Position numbers and translations under genes: made by a program
Notes under the pieces: model-generated
Databases searched by the model: none
Seen by the model: only the letters and a program-made list of their open reading frames with translations
What the model was told of the DNA's origin: nothing
Assembly (NCBI RefSeq): GCF_963921235.1
Contig: NC_086108.1
Location: 57,476,001-57,540,000 of the forward strand
DNA from: Mobula hypostoma
Lineage: Eukaryota
Length of the DNA stretch: 64,000 nucleotides
Direction: 5' to 3'
Part shown: one piece after another, positions 1-13,400 of the stretch
Layout: each line of letters starts with the position of its first letter
Numbering within the stretch: position 1 is the first letter of the stretch

Positions 1-356
1 TTTAGTTAGAAGGAAAATCCTAAATCCTAAAGTCCTATGGAGTTTCTGGTGTATTATATCACAAAGAGCACTGTTAACTAACCCATACGAGCTCAGTTAC
101 TTATTGTTCAAAAAATACTAGTTTTGATTCATGGAAGATGTAGCTTCCTTGGGGAAATTGTCTTTTATAATGACTACAGATTGAACCAAGCACAATTAAG
201 ATCAAAAGTAATGTTGGGTGATAAAAAAGAAAACCTTTGTACCTTGGTGGGTCTTATGACCTCAGTATCCAAACTGCTTTTTAGCCAGTGAATACTTACA
301 GTGTAATTACTGCTACACAGTGGGAAAGGAAGGGCAATAAAAACGTTACTATTGAT

Positions 357-760
357 GCAACACACACAAAAAACACTGGTGAACGCAGCAGGCCAGGCAG
401 CATCTATAGGAAGTCGATGTTTCGGGCTGGGACCCTTCGTCAGGACTAACTGAAAGAAGAGCTAGTAAGAGATTTGAAAGTGGGAGGGGGAGGGGGAGAT
501 CCGAAATGATAGGAGAAGACAGGAGGGGAGGGATGGAGCCAAGAGCTGGAGAAGGGAGAGGATCATGGGACGGGAAGCCTGGGGAGAAAGAGAAGGGGCA
601 GGGGAGCCTGGAGGGTGGAGAGCAGGCAAGGAGTTGTAGTGAGAGGGACAGAGGGAGAAAACAGAGAGAAAAAGAAAAGGGGGAAAAAGATAAAAAAAAT
701 ATAAAACAAATAAATAAGGGATGGGGTGTGAAGGGGAGTTGCTTTTTGTGGAACAATTAC
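357..760 (-). mobile_element. Penelope-like element 3' terminal repeat fragment
   Basis: Closely similar to the arms of the 60696-61188 element (GAACGCAGCAGGCCAGGCAGCATCT...CAGGACTAACTGAAAGAAGAGCTAGT), followed by a purine-rich tract. Confidence 0.75.
412..447 (-). ncRNA. Degenerate hammerhead motif (PLE repeat)
   Basis: Minus strand AGTC-CTGACGA-A-GGGTCCCAGCCC-GAAA-CATC-GACT; core boxes intact, ACGT palindrome broken. Confidence 0.6.
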
Positions 761-1312
761 AATCAGCATGGTTATCTATAAGCAAGACCCAGCGATGCAG
801 AGGTAGACTACAAAAGAAAGGATAACTAAAGTAGTTGCAAAATAAGGAGACCAAACAGTGACCTTGCATTGAAATCATAAAAGGAAGGGAAAACACGGGT
901 GCAAAGCAATGCAGGTCTCTTGGCTAATATTGGCAATGAATAAGTATTTTGAAAGGCAAAACGTTCTAATATTAAAAATTAATTACACTAATGATGTAAA
1001 TGCGTAAGTGACATTATTTTAAGTTACCATATTGATCAGTTTCAAAAAAGGCTCTACTGAAGAAACTTGATAGATCAAAATTGCTTTTCTTATTCCAGTT
1101 CGTTATGTGTTTTGGTTGCATGATGTATTTGTAGTTAACAGAGCATGAATTGATATAAAAAATAACTCTTCAACTTTTCAGCTTGTTTGGTTTTGGTAAC
1201 TTAGAAATGGAAATGCATTAAACAAAAAGATTCAATAATACAAGAAATACATAGAGCTAATTCTGTGACATACGGGCATTCTTATTTAAATTGTAACACA
1301 TATTTTTGTAAC

Positions 1313-1420
1313 CTGGAGAAGATGTTCTTGCATGGATCAGGGTAAGCAAAAGTACCAAATTCAGTGATCACAATTCGCTTCTCAGTCATTGCCCTCACAT
1401 AGGCATCAGTTTGAATAAAT
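1313..1420 (-). CDS. RPE65: RPE65 exon 4 ([35 protein letters not shown])
   Basis: CAG acceptor, GTTACA donor, 108 nt; contains the PDPCK motif (Cys112). Confidence 0.97.
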
Positions 1421-4400
1421 CTGCAAAATAAAAAAGTTTTTCCTGATAAATAATAATTTCACCAAATTTTATTTTTCAGATTAAGTTTGTGCATTCAAAG
1501 TTCTAAGTAAATTTATTATTGAAGTAGGTATATGTAATCATAGGCTGAGGATCACAGAGCTTCCCCTTGAAACTTTTTGAAGAAGCGTGAGCACGTCTCA
1601 TCCTGCTTTAGTCTGGATCTTGGAACAGAAGATGATCTTGGAAGCTCTGAGCCTGCCAACTTTTCAGCTCTCATAACTCCTTCCTCACATCCACTCCCTT
1701 GGACTGCAGAAGGAGAAGTTGCTGCAACTCTGTCTGAAGTAAACACACTTCCCTCTGCAACACACACAAAATGCAGGAGGAACTCAGCGGGTCAGGCAGC
1801 ATCAATGGAATGAATAGATAGTCAACATTTCGGGCTGAGACCCTTCTTCAGAATTGAGGAGCTGGGGGAAGGTGCCAGAAGGGGAGGGGAAGAAGGCTAG
1901 CTGGTAGGCGATATGTGAAGCCAGGTGGGTAGGAACGATCAAGGGCTGCAGAAGAAGGAATCTGATAGGAGAGGAGAATGGACCATAGGAGAAAGAGAAG
2001 GAGGAGGGGACCCAGTGGGAAATCATAGGCAGGTGAGAAGAGGTAAAAGGTCAAAATGGGGAACGGGTGGTGGGGGATAGAATTTGCTTAGCAGAAGGAG
2101 AAATTGATGTTCATGCCATCAGGTTGGAAACTTCCCAGATGGAATACTCTTTGGGTGGCCTCATTTTGGCACAAGGGAATGGGAATTAGAATTAAAACGT
2201 TTGGCCACTGGTAAGTCCCGCTCATGACATGCGGAGTAGAGACACTGGATGAAGCAGTCCCCCAATTTACGACAGGCCTCTCCGATGTAGAGGAGGCCAC
2301 ATCAGGTGCACTGGACACAATAGAGATTTGCAGGTGAAGTGTTGCCTCACCTGGAAGGACTGCCTGGGGCCCTGAATGGAGGCGATGGGGGAGGTGTATG
2401 GGCAGGTGTAGCACTTGGGCATCTTGCAGGGATACATGCTGGGAGGGAGATTAGTGGGGAGGGATGAATGGACAAGGGAATCGTGGAGGGAGTGATCCCT
2501 GTGGAAAGTGGGTGTGGGTGGAGTGGAGGTATAGATATATTTAGTGGTAGGATCCCTTTAGAGATGGCGGAGGTTGCAGAGGATAATGTGTTGGACGCAG
2601 AGGCTGATGGGGTGGTAGGCAAGGGTAAGAGGATCCTGCCTTGCTATCTGAACCTATTTCAGTCCAAAGTTGCTCTGTACATCAATGATCCTAAGGGTCT
2701 TATCACTTACTGTATGTTCTCCTCCTGTGGTTGACTTCACAAGTGCATCAGGAGGAGGAAACTGGAGGTCCATGAGCCAGTCCTCTTTGGGGGATCAGAA
2801 GTGGAAAGGGTCAGCAACTTTAAATTCCTTAGTGTTGTCATTTCAGAGGATCTGTCCTGGGTCCAGCATGTAAGTGCAATTATAAAGAAAGCACGGCAGC
2901 ACTTCCACTTCCTCAGAAGTTTGCAAAGATTAGGCATGACATCTAAAATTTTGTCCAGCTTCAATGCATATGTGGTGGAGAGTATATTGATTGGGTGCAT
3001 CACAAGCCTGGTATGGAAAAACCAATGCCGTTGAATGGTAAATCCTGCAAAAGGTAGTGGGTATGGCCCACTCAATTACAGGTAAAGCCCTATCCACTAT
3101 TGAACATGCCTACACAGAGTGTTGTTGCAGGAAATCAGTATCCATCATCAGGGACCCCTACCACCTTGGTCATGCTCTCTTCTTGCTTTGCCATCAGGGG
3201 AATGCACTGGAGCTGCAAGACTCACTCCATCAGGTTAAGGAACAGTTAATACCTCTCAACCACCAGGCTCTTGAACCAGAAGGGATAGCTTCACTCAACT
3301 TTACTTGACCCATCACTGAACTGTTCCCACAGCCTATGGACTAACTTTTAAGGACTCTCCATCTCATATTTTCGATATTTATTATTTATTTATATATATA
3401 TATTTTTTCTTTCTTTCTTTTTGTACTTGTACAGTTTGTTGTCTTTTGTGCATTGATTGTCTGACCTGTTGGTGTGGGCTTTCATTAATTCTATTATAGT
3501 ATTGGATTTATTGAGTATGCCCACAAGAAAATGAATCTCAGTGTGGTATATGGTGACATGTATGTACTTCTAGAATGAATTTATTTTGAACACGTTACAT
3601 TTGTCAGGATTAAACTCATCTGCTGTTTCTCACCCGTTTCCAAGTGATCTATTATTCTGCTATATCATTTGCCAATCTCCCTCACTATCCAGAATTCTGC
3701 CAACTTCTGTGCATCTGCAGACTAACTTATCAATCTACCTACATTTTCTGTCAATTATGTACATACATTGCAAACAACAGATCCCAGCTCTGATCCTTGT
3801 GGAACAGCACTGGTCACAAACCTCTCCAACACTTACAGAAACACCCTTTCACCAGTTTTCTTTGTCTTCTCTAGCCAAGTCCATTTTGAATCCAATCTAC
3901 CAATTTTCCATGGATGCCATGTAACTTAAGAATAAGTCCCTGGCATGAGGGACATCAGCCGGCTGGTGGCGTAGTGGCATCAGTGCCGGACTTCGGAGCG
4001 GAGGCTCCCGAGTTCGAACCCAGCCAGCTCCCCAGGCACGCTTTCCACCCATACTGTGTGGAGCGTCGAGCTAGCAACTCAGCCTCATAAAAAAGAAATT
4101 GCCTGCTACAGAAACATCAACAGCAAAAAGTTGATGGCCTACGCTCTCTTGTGAGTTTAAAAGGCAATTTCCTTTTTTTAATGAGGGACATTGTCAAAGG
4201 GTATACTAAAGTCTATGAATATGGATGAAGAGAAATTCAAGCAAGTAGTTATGGTCTTGTTGTTAAGATCATGGATGGAGTAAGTATGGATGAAGAAGTT
4301 GAAGGAGTTTCAATGATTATATGAAGACTGATTATATAAATTTGCCGATGATACAGCCATTGTTGGTAGAATCTCAGGTGGTGACGAGAGGGCGTACAGG

Positions 4401-7400
4401 AGTGAGATATGCCAATAGTGGAGTGGTACCGCAGCAACAACCTGGCACTCAATGTCAGTAAGACGAAAGAGCTGATTGTGGACTTCAGGAAGAGTAAGAT
4501 GAAGGACGACATACCAATTCTTATAGAGGGATCAGAAGTGGAGAGAGTGAGCAGTTTCAAGTTCCTGGGTGTCAAGATCTCTGAGGATTTAACCTGGTCC
4601 CAACATATCGATGTAGTTATAAAGAAGGCACGACAGTGGCTATACTTTATAAGGAGTTTGAAGAGATTTGGCATGTCAACAAGCACACTCAAAAACTTCT
4701 ATAGTTGTACCGTGGAGAAATTCTGACAGGCTACATCACTGTTTGGTATGGAGGGGCTACTGCAAAGGACTGAAAGGAGCTGCAGAAGGTTGTAAATCTA
4801 GTCAGCTCCATCTTGGGTACTAGCCTACAAAGTACCCAGGACATCTTTAGGGAGCGGTGTCTCAGAAAGGCAGCTTCCATTATCAAGGACCCCCAGCACC
4901 CAGGGCATGCCCTTTTCTCACTGTTACCATCAGATAGGAGGTACAGAAGCTTGAAGGCACACACTCAGCGATTCAGAAACAGCTTCTTCCCCTCTGCCAT
5001 TCGATTCCTGAATCCTTGGACACTACCTCACTTTTTTTTTAATATACAGTATTCCTGTTTTTGCACATTTAAAAAAATCTCTTCAATATATGTAATTGAT
5101 TTACTTGCTTTTTTATTACTATTATTTTTATTTTATTGTTTATTATTTTTTTTCTCTGCTGGATTATGTATTGCATTGAACTGCTGCTGCTAAGTTAACA
5201 AATTTCACGTCACATGCCAGTGATAATAAACCTGATTCTGATTCTGACTTAAGATATAATGACACATTTGGGGAAAACAAGAGAAGTTAACTTGGAGGAG
5301 AGAGTCTTGTTATTGTGATTATGTAATCAATCAGTCAGAATGAGAAATTACTTACTTGTCAAGGTAAAAGTATTTTGTGTGAATATTCATGGTGGGGACT
5401 TGTAGGTCAATAGAAAATAAAGTTTTTTTTCCGTGAACCGAATCCTTGAAAAGAGAAAGTGCCAAAGGCAAGGAAGGATGGCTCAGATAAATGTCACATC
5501 CCACCGTAACTTGGGCAAAGCAGCTGCTGAAAATTTTAACCAGAAGCAAAGGAGGCTCTGGATGGGATCAAGATGTAACAACCATGAGCTAAGTTTGAAT
5601 AATAATCAGGATGTCGATATGATCATTGAAAATGAGAGAGAGGACAGACATTTCAGAAGAGACTTATGAATGGAGTGGATATTATTGTCCATATAAATAT
5701 AATGTTAAATCTGTAATGGCAGTAAGGTGCTCTAAGCTCACAGTATAAAGGAGAAAAGCATAAAGATGTATAAACCATCAATGCCAGATCACACATTTTT
5801 CGCCTTTATTTTCCCTGAAACATTTTGCCATATTATACAAGACTGGATTACAATTTTATCAACAGCTTGAGTTTCCTTGGAATGCTTTGCGAGGACCTAA
5901 CTACAAGGTAAAATTCCTTTAGGGCAGCCACTCAAGACTGTATGAGCACTGTAGATCAGGCTAAAAAAACCTTGCTGAGCATTTTCTCAGAAAATAATCA
6001 AATGTATACAAGGAAGAAATGCTTTTGTAACTGAGCAAGTGAAAACCTGGCAAAAGTAAGGATTAATTTATAGCTTAGTGATGCTGGTTTACCCATTTGA
6101 AGCATTTCCAAGTTCTTTTATGAAGTTGCTAATCTCTTTATTTTCTACAGGTGTAAAAATATTGGAACATAGAAGATTACAGTACAGGCCCTTTGGCCCA
6201 TGATGATGTGCCAACTTATATTATAAGATAAGATAGCATTATTTGTCATGGGTACTTTGAAACACACAGAGAAATATGTCACTTTCATTAATGACAAGCA
6301 CAGTCCTAGGATGTGCTTGGGCATCCCACAAGTGTCGTTAGGCTTTCAGCAGCATCCTAGCACGCCCATAACTTACTAACTTCCACCTGTACATCTTTGG
6401 AACTTGGGAGGAAACCAGAGCAGAAGTGGTTCCATAACCTCATCCATGTGCATCTCCAAACTGATTATGAAAAACATCACAGATGAGTAAAACTCCATTC
6501 TCCTCAGAAACTACACATGTAAACACCATGTAGGAACCATCTGTTTGAACCACTAGAAGCAGAGGAAACCAACATTCCCCTCTGTCTCATGTTATCATCC
6601 CAGATGTTTCCTGGCTAAGTCAGTTAGAACAACAAAGACTTTTTAAAAATTTTAAAAAGTGCACCCAGTACAAATTTCATAACTTGGTTAAAATATGAAG
6701 GTAATATTATGAGAACACGAAGTAAGTTTGTTCCAAAGAATAAGCTGTATTTCTTTTAAAATTAGAAATGATGACCTTATTTTGTGATGTTTAATATTTC
6801 CATTCTATCTTCAGATTTATTCAGGTCCTCTCCAAATGATTACACTACTATTTGTACGAAATAATTGCACTTTTGTCTGGAGAGGAACTGAAAATGGAAA
6901 ATTATGCAATGAACTATACCTCCGGTAGTAGGTGACTTCTCCATTCTTGAAATCAAACTTGTGAAGGAGAGCTTGTCCATCAAATAGATGATAAAACGGC
7001 TCTGAGCCAACTTCAAATAACCCAGGTCCACATCGTAACAGGCTGCCCGTTAACCATGAAGGAATGGTGCCTAAGAGAAAAGTCAGAAGTCAGTAATAGT
7101 AATATTATTTAAATATCAAGAGCAGGTGGTTAGATTTGTTGGAGATGTTCGTGCTACATAAGTGGTAGGCAATTACCACTAGTTATTACATTAATCTATG
7201 TCTGAATGTTTGTGGGGGGAATTGCAAATGGAATTAAAGATGACGTAATCATCAGTAAACTCCTCACTTCTTACCTTGCCATGCAAGGAAGCCATTCACA
7301 GACAAGACAAAGATAGGTGGACAGGTATTGTTGAGGAAGAAGGAGTCTGCAAAAGGACTTGACAGATTAATAAAAATAACTTAATTATAGAGCACTTTTC

Positions 7401-10400
7401 ATACAGATGATGTAGTTCAAGGTGCTTTTCAATGGGATAAAGTGCAAACATGTAAGTAAAATAAAAATAAACATGAAAGTAAAAGGCAAAACAATGCTAT
7501 TTGAAAGCAAGGTTAAATAAATTTTGCGCTGGCATTTAAAAGTGTCAACTGGGTCTGCATCCCTTATAATTTTAGGTGTTGAATTCCACAGTTTAGGGGC
7601 ATATTTCAAAACAGCTAACCTGCCAGTTATCTTTTGAGGGAGATTGTTATTCTGACTTTTCAAGGGAAGCCAAATTCCCAGATTTATCTCTTTTGGCTTT
7701 GGGACCAACCAAAAGCATTTCAATTTTATCTTCATTTAGTTTTAGGTAATTATTGCTCATCTATTTGCTTACTGCAGCCATAGCAGAAGACCGAGATTAG
7801 GAGAATGTGCAATTCTGAAGTGTCATCTCTGGACTTCTCTTGAATCATGGAAGGATACTCAATTGCTGTAGTGGGGCTTGAATGACATCACAGTCTACAG
7901 AATGACAAGAAGGCTTCACTCCCAGGTGAACTCAATGCCTTCTATGCTCACTTTGACCATCAAAACATGGAGGAACCTTCATGAACTCCCACACAGCATG
8001 AGATAGCCAGCAACTTTAAGTTCCTCTGTGTTATGATTTCAGAGGATCTGTCCTGGGTCCTGCATGAAAAAAGAACGGCAGCACCTCCACTTTCTTCAAA
8101 GTTTGCAAAGCTTCTAAATGACATCTTGAATTTTGGCAAACTTCTCTAGATGCATGGTGGAGAGTATATTGACTGGTTGCATCATGGCCTGGTATGGTAT
8201 GGACACACCAATGCCTTTGAATGGATAAGTATAGAAAAAGTAGTGGATCACATCTGCACCAGGTGTGTCGAGCTGCAGCTCCTTAGGGATCGCGTTAGGG
8301 AACTGGAGCTGCAGCTTGATGACCTTCGTCTGGTCAGGGAGAGTGAGGAGGTGATAGAGAGGAGCTATAGGCAGGTAGTCACACCGGGGCCACAGGAGAC
8401 AGAGAAGTGAGTAACAGTCAGAAGAGGGAAGGGCAAGAAGCAGGTACTAGAGAGTATCCCAGTGGCAGTCCCCCTTAACAATAAGTATTCCTGCTTGAGT
8501 ACTGTTGTGGGGGATAGCCTACCTGGGGGAAGCAACAGTGGTCGTGCCTCTGGCACAGAATCTGGCCCTGTGGCTCAGATGGGTGGGGAAAGGAAGAGGA
8601 TGGCAGCAGTGAAAGGGGACTCTATAGTTAAGGTGTCAGATAGGTGATTCTGTGGATGCAGGAAAGAAACGAGGATGGTAGTTTGCCTCCCAGGTGCCAG
8701 GGTCTGGGATGTTTCTGATCACGTTCATGATATCTTGAAGTGGGAAGGAGAACAGCCAGAGGTTGTGGTACATATTGGTACCAACGACATAGGTAGGAAA
8801 AGGGAGGAGGTCCTGAAAAAAGACCACAGGGAGTTAGGAAAGAAGTTGAGAAGCAGGACCTCAAAGGTAGTAATCTCAGGATTACGGCTTGTGCGACCTG
8901 ACAGTGAGTATAGGAATAGAATGCAGCGGAGGATAAATGCGTGGCTGAGGGATTGGAGCAGGGAGCAGGGATTCAGATTTCTGGATCATTGGGACCTCTC
9001 CTGGAGCATGTGTGACCTGTACAAAAAGGATGAGTTGCATTTGAATCCGAGAGGAACCAATATCCTGGTGGGAAGGTTTGCCAAGGCTATTGGGAAGAGT
9101 TTAAACTAGAATTGCTGGGGGGTGGGAACTGAACTGAAGTGACGGAGGAAAGGGAGGTTGGCTCACAAATAGAGAAAGCTTGGAGACAGTGTGAAAGGGA
9201 GGATAGGCAGGTGATAGAGAAGGGACGTGCTTGGTTTGAGAAGTGTCTATTTTAATGCGAGGAGTATCATGAATAAAGCAGATGAGCTTAGAGTGTGGAT
9301 CAGCACTTGGAGCTATGATGTTGTGGTCATTACAGAGACTTGGATGGTGCAGGGGCAGGAATAGCTACTTCAAGTGCCAGGCTTTAGCTGTTTCAGAAAG
9401 GACAGGGAGGGAGGCAAAAGAGGTGGGGGTGTGGCACTGTTGATCAGAGATAGTGTCACGGCTGCAGAAAAGGAGGGAGTCATGGAGGGGTTGTCTATGG
9501 AGTCTCTGTGGGTGGAAGTTAGGAATAGGAAGGGGTTAATAACTCTACTGGGTGTTTTTTTATAGACCATGCAATAGTAACAGGGACATTGAGGAGCAGA
9601 TAGGGAGACAAATCCTGGAATGGAGTAATAATAACAGGGTTGCTGTGGTAGGAGATTTTAATTTCCCAAATATTGATTGGCATCTCCCTCGAGTGAGGGG
9701 TGGAGTTTGTTAGGTGTGTTCAAGAAGGTTTCTTGACACAAGATGTAGATAAACCTACAAGAGGAGAGGCTGTACTTGATTTGGTATTGGGAAATGAACC
9801 CGGTCAGGTGTCAGGTCTCTCAGCGGGAGAGCATTTTGGAGATAGTGATCATAATTCTATCTCCCTTACCATAGCATTGGAGAGGGATAGGAACAGACAA
9901 GTTAGGGAGACATTTAATTGGAGTAAGGGGAAATACGAGGCTATCAGGCAGGAACTTGGAAGCATAAATAGGAAACAGATGTTCTCAGGGCAACGTACGG
10001 AAGAAATATGGCAAATGTTCAGGGGATATTTGCGTGGGGTTCTGAGTAGGTACGTTCCAGTGCGACATGGAAAGGCCGGTAGGGTACAAGATTCGTGGTG
10101 TACAAAGCCTGTTGTAAATCTAGTCAAGAAGAAAAGAAGAGCTTACAAAAGGTTAAAAAAACTGGGTAATGATATGAATCTGGAAGATTATAAGCCTAGC
10201 AGGAAGAATGAAATTAGGAGAGCTAGAAGGGGCCATGAGGAGGCCTTGGCAGACAGGATTAAGGAAAACCCCAAGGCATTCTACAAGTACGTGAAGAGCA
10301 AGAGGATAAGACGTAAGAGAATAGGACCAATCAAGTGTGACAATAGAGAGGTGTGTATGGAACCAAAGGAAATAACGGAGGTACTCAATGAATATTTTGC

Positions 10401-13400
10401 TTCAGCATTCTCTATGGAAAAGGATCTTGACGATTGTAGTGATGACTTGCATGGACTGAAAAGCTTGAGAATGTAGATATTAAGAAAGGGAGATGTGCCA
10501 GTGCTTTTGAAAAGCATCAAGTTGAATAAGTCACTGGGACCGGATGAAATACACCCCAGGCTTCTGTGGGAAGCGAGGGAGGAGATTGCTGAGCCTCTGG
10601 CAATGATCTTTGCATCATCAATGAGGACGGGAGGGGTTCCGGAGGATTGGAGGGTTGTGGATGTTGTTCCATTATTCAAGAAAGGGAGTAGGGATAGCCC
10701 AGGAAATTATAGGCCAGTGAGCCTTACTTCAGTTGTTGGTAAGTTGATGGAGAAGTTCCTGAGAGGCAGAATTTATGAACATTTGGAGAGGCATAATATG
10801 ATTAGGAATAGTCAGCATGGCTTTGTCAAAGGCAGGTCGTGCCTTACGAGCCTGATTGAATTTTTTGAGGATGTGACTAAGCACATTGATGAAGGTAGAG
10901 CTGTAGATGTAGTATATATGGATTTTAGCAAGGCATTTGATAAGGTACCCCATGCAAGACTTATTGAGAAAGTAAGAGGGCATGGGATCCAAGGGGACAT
11001 TGTTTTGTGGATCCAGAACTGGCTTGTCCACAGAAGGCAAAGAGGGGTTGTAGACGGGTCATATTCTGCATGGAGGCTGGTGACCAGTGGTGTGCCTCAG
11101 GGATCTGTTCTGGGACCCCTACTCTTTGTGAATTTTATAAATGACCTGGTTGAGGAAGTGGAGGAACACACATCAAAGTTGCTGGTGAACGCAGCAGGCC
11201 AGGCAGCAACTTTGATGTGTGTTGCTTGAATTTCCAGCATCTGCAGAATTCCTCATGAATGAGGAATTGGAGGGATGGGTTAATAAATTTGCTAATGACA
11301 CAATGGTTGGGGGAGTTGTGGATAGAGTGGAGGGCTGTCAGAGGTTACAACTGAACAGTGATAGGATGCAAAACTGGGCTGAGAAGTGGCAGATGGAGTT
11401 CTACCCAGATAAGTATGAGGTGGTTTATTTTGGTAGGTCAAATATGATGGCAGAATATAGCATTAATAGTAAGACTCTTGGCAGTGTGGAGGACCAAAGG
11501 GATCTTGGGGTCCGAGTCCACAGAACACTCAAAGCTGCCACGCAGGTTGACCCTGTGGTTAAGAAGGCATATCATGCATTGGCCTTCATCAATTATGGGA
11601 TTGAACTGAAGAGCCGAGAGGTAATGTTACAGATGTATAGGACCCTGGTCAGACCCCACTTGGAGTACTGTGGTCAATTCTGGTCGCCTCACTATAGGAA
11701 GGACGTGGAAACCATAGAAAGGGTGCAGAGGATTTACAAGGATGTTGCCTCCTTATGAGAATAGGTTGAGTGAACTTGGCCTTTATTCCTTGGAGCGATG
11801 GAGATGAGAGGTGACCTGATAGAGGTGTACAAGATAATGAAAGGCATTGATCGTGTGGATAGCCAGAGGCTTTTCCCCAGGGCTGAAATAGCTAGCACAA
11901 GAGGGCATAGTTTTAAGGTGCTTGGAAGTAGGTACAGAGGAGATGTCAGGGGTAAGTTTTTTTTAAGCAGAGTGGTGAGTGCGTTGAATGGGCTGCCATT
12001 GGCAGTTTTGGAGGTGGAAACGATAGGGTCTTTTAAGACATTCCTGGATAGCTACATGGAGCTTAGCAAAATAGAGGGCTATGGGTACAGCCTAGGTAGT
12101 TCTAAGGTAGGGACATGTTTGGCACAGCTTTATAGGCTGAAAGGCCTGTATTGTGCTGTACGTTTTCTATGTTTCTATCCTCATAGCCCATTATGGGTAA
12201 ACCCCTCCCTGCTATTGAGTGCATCTACATGGAGCGCTGTTGCAGGAAAGCCGTTATCCATTATCCAGGACCCCACCATGCAGGTCATACTACCTTCTTG
12301 CTGCTGCCATTAAAAGGTGGTACAATAGCCTCAGTACCTACATCAACAGGTTCAGGAACATTTATTACCCATCAACCATCAGGCTGTTGAACCAGAGGGA
12401 ATAACTTCACTCAACTTCACTTGCCCCATCACTGATCTGTTCCCACAACCTATGGACTAACTTTCAAGGACTCTTCATCTTATGTTCTCAATATTTATTG
12501 TTTATTTATTTATTATTTCCTTTTTGGTATTTTCACAGTTTGCTATCTTTTGCACATTGATTCTTTGTCCATCTTTTTGGATGCGGTCTTTCATTGCTTC
12601 TATCATGTTTCTTGTATTTACTGTGAATGCCTGCAAGAAAATGAATCTCAGGGTTCTATATGGTGACATACATGTACTTTGAATACAAATTTACTTTGAA
12701 GTTTGAAATAAGTGGCAAATGGAATATAATTTGGGGCAATGTACAGCCATGCACTTTGGTAGAAGGTATAAAGCCATAGACCATTTTCTAAATGGGATGT
12801 AGATTCAGAAATCAGAGGTGCAAAGAGTCCTAGGGCAAGTTTCCTAAAGCTTAACTAGCAGATTAACTTAGTTGTAAGGAAGGCAAATGCAAAGTTAGCA
12901 TTCATTTCAAGAGGACTAGAATATAAAAGCAAGAACGTAATGCTAAGGCTTTATAAGGCATTTGTCAGATGACATTTGAAGCACTGAGAGGAATTTTGGG
13001 TACCATATCCAAATAAAAACATGCTGCAATTGGAGAGGGTTCAAAGGAGGTTTACAAGAATGGTCCTGGCAATGAAAGGGTTACTGTATAAGGAGTGTTT
13101 GATTGCCCTAGGCCTGTACTCACTGGAGTTTAGAAGAATGAGGGGGTATCTTATTGAAACCTACGGAATATTGAAAGGCCTAGATAGAGTGGATATGGAC
13201 AGGATGTTCCTAATAGAGAAGCATCTAAGACCAGAAGGCACAGTCTCAGAAATTAAGGACATCCCTTTGGAATAGAGTTGAGGAGGAATTTCTTCAGCCA
13301 GAGAGTGGTGAATCTGTGGAATTCATTGCCAGAGATGGTTGTGGAGACCAAGTCACTGAGTATATTTAAAGCAGATGTTGATAGGTTTTTGAATAGTAAA

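Larger units (their letters stand above)
7870..12705 (+). mobile_element. Rex1/Babar-like LINE remnant split by a CR1 insertion (parts about 7870-8246 and 12179-12705)
   Basis: Both halves are collinear with the 2640-3590 copy and resume across the CR1. Confidence 0.7.

Noticed and set aside
349..896. Overlapping Pro/Leu/Phe-rich ORFs
   Set aside because: They are low-complexity translations of the purine-rich PLE terminal region.
1..1312. RPE65 exon 5
   Set aside because: I found no FFSYF/TDN-like coding segment with splice sites, so it probably lies left of the window.
3957..4035. tRNA gene
   Set aside because: It has A/B boxes but continues into a non-tRNA body and is flanked by an 11-bp TSD, so it is a SINE head.
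6840..7031. 63-aa ORF MDLGYLK...
   Set aside because: It is an out-of-frame reading of RPE65 exon 3.
9700..12313. Functional reverse transcriptase gene or retron-like system
   Set aside because: This is CR1 ORF2, broken by frameshifts, stops and an insertion, in a eukaryotic intron.
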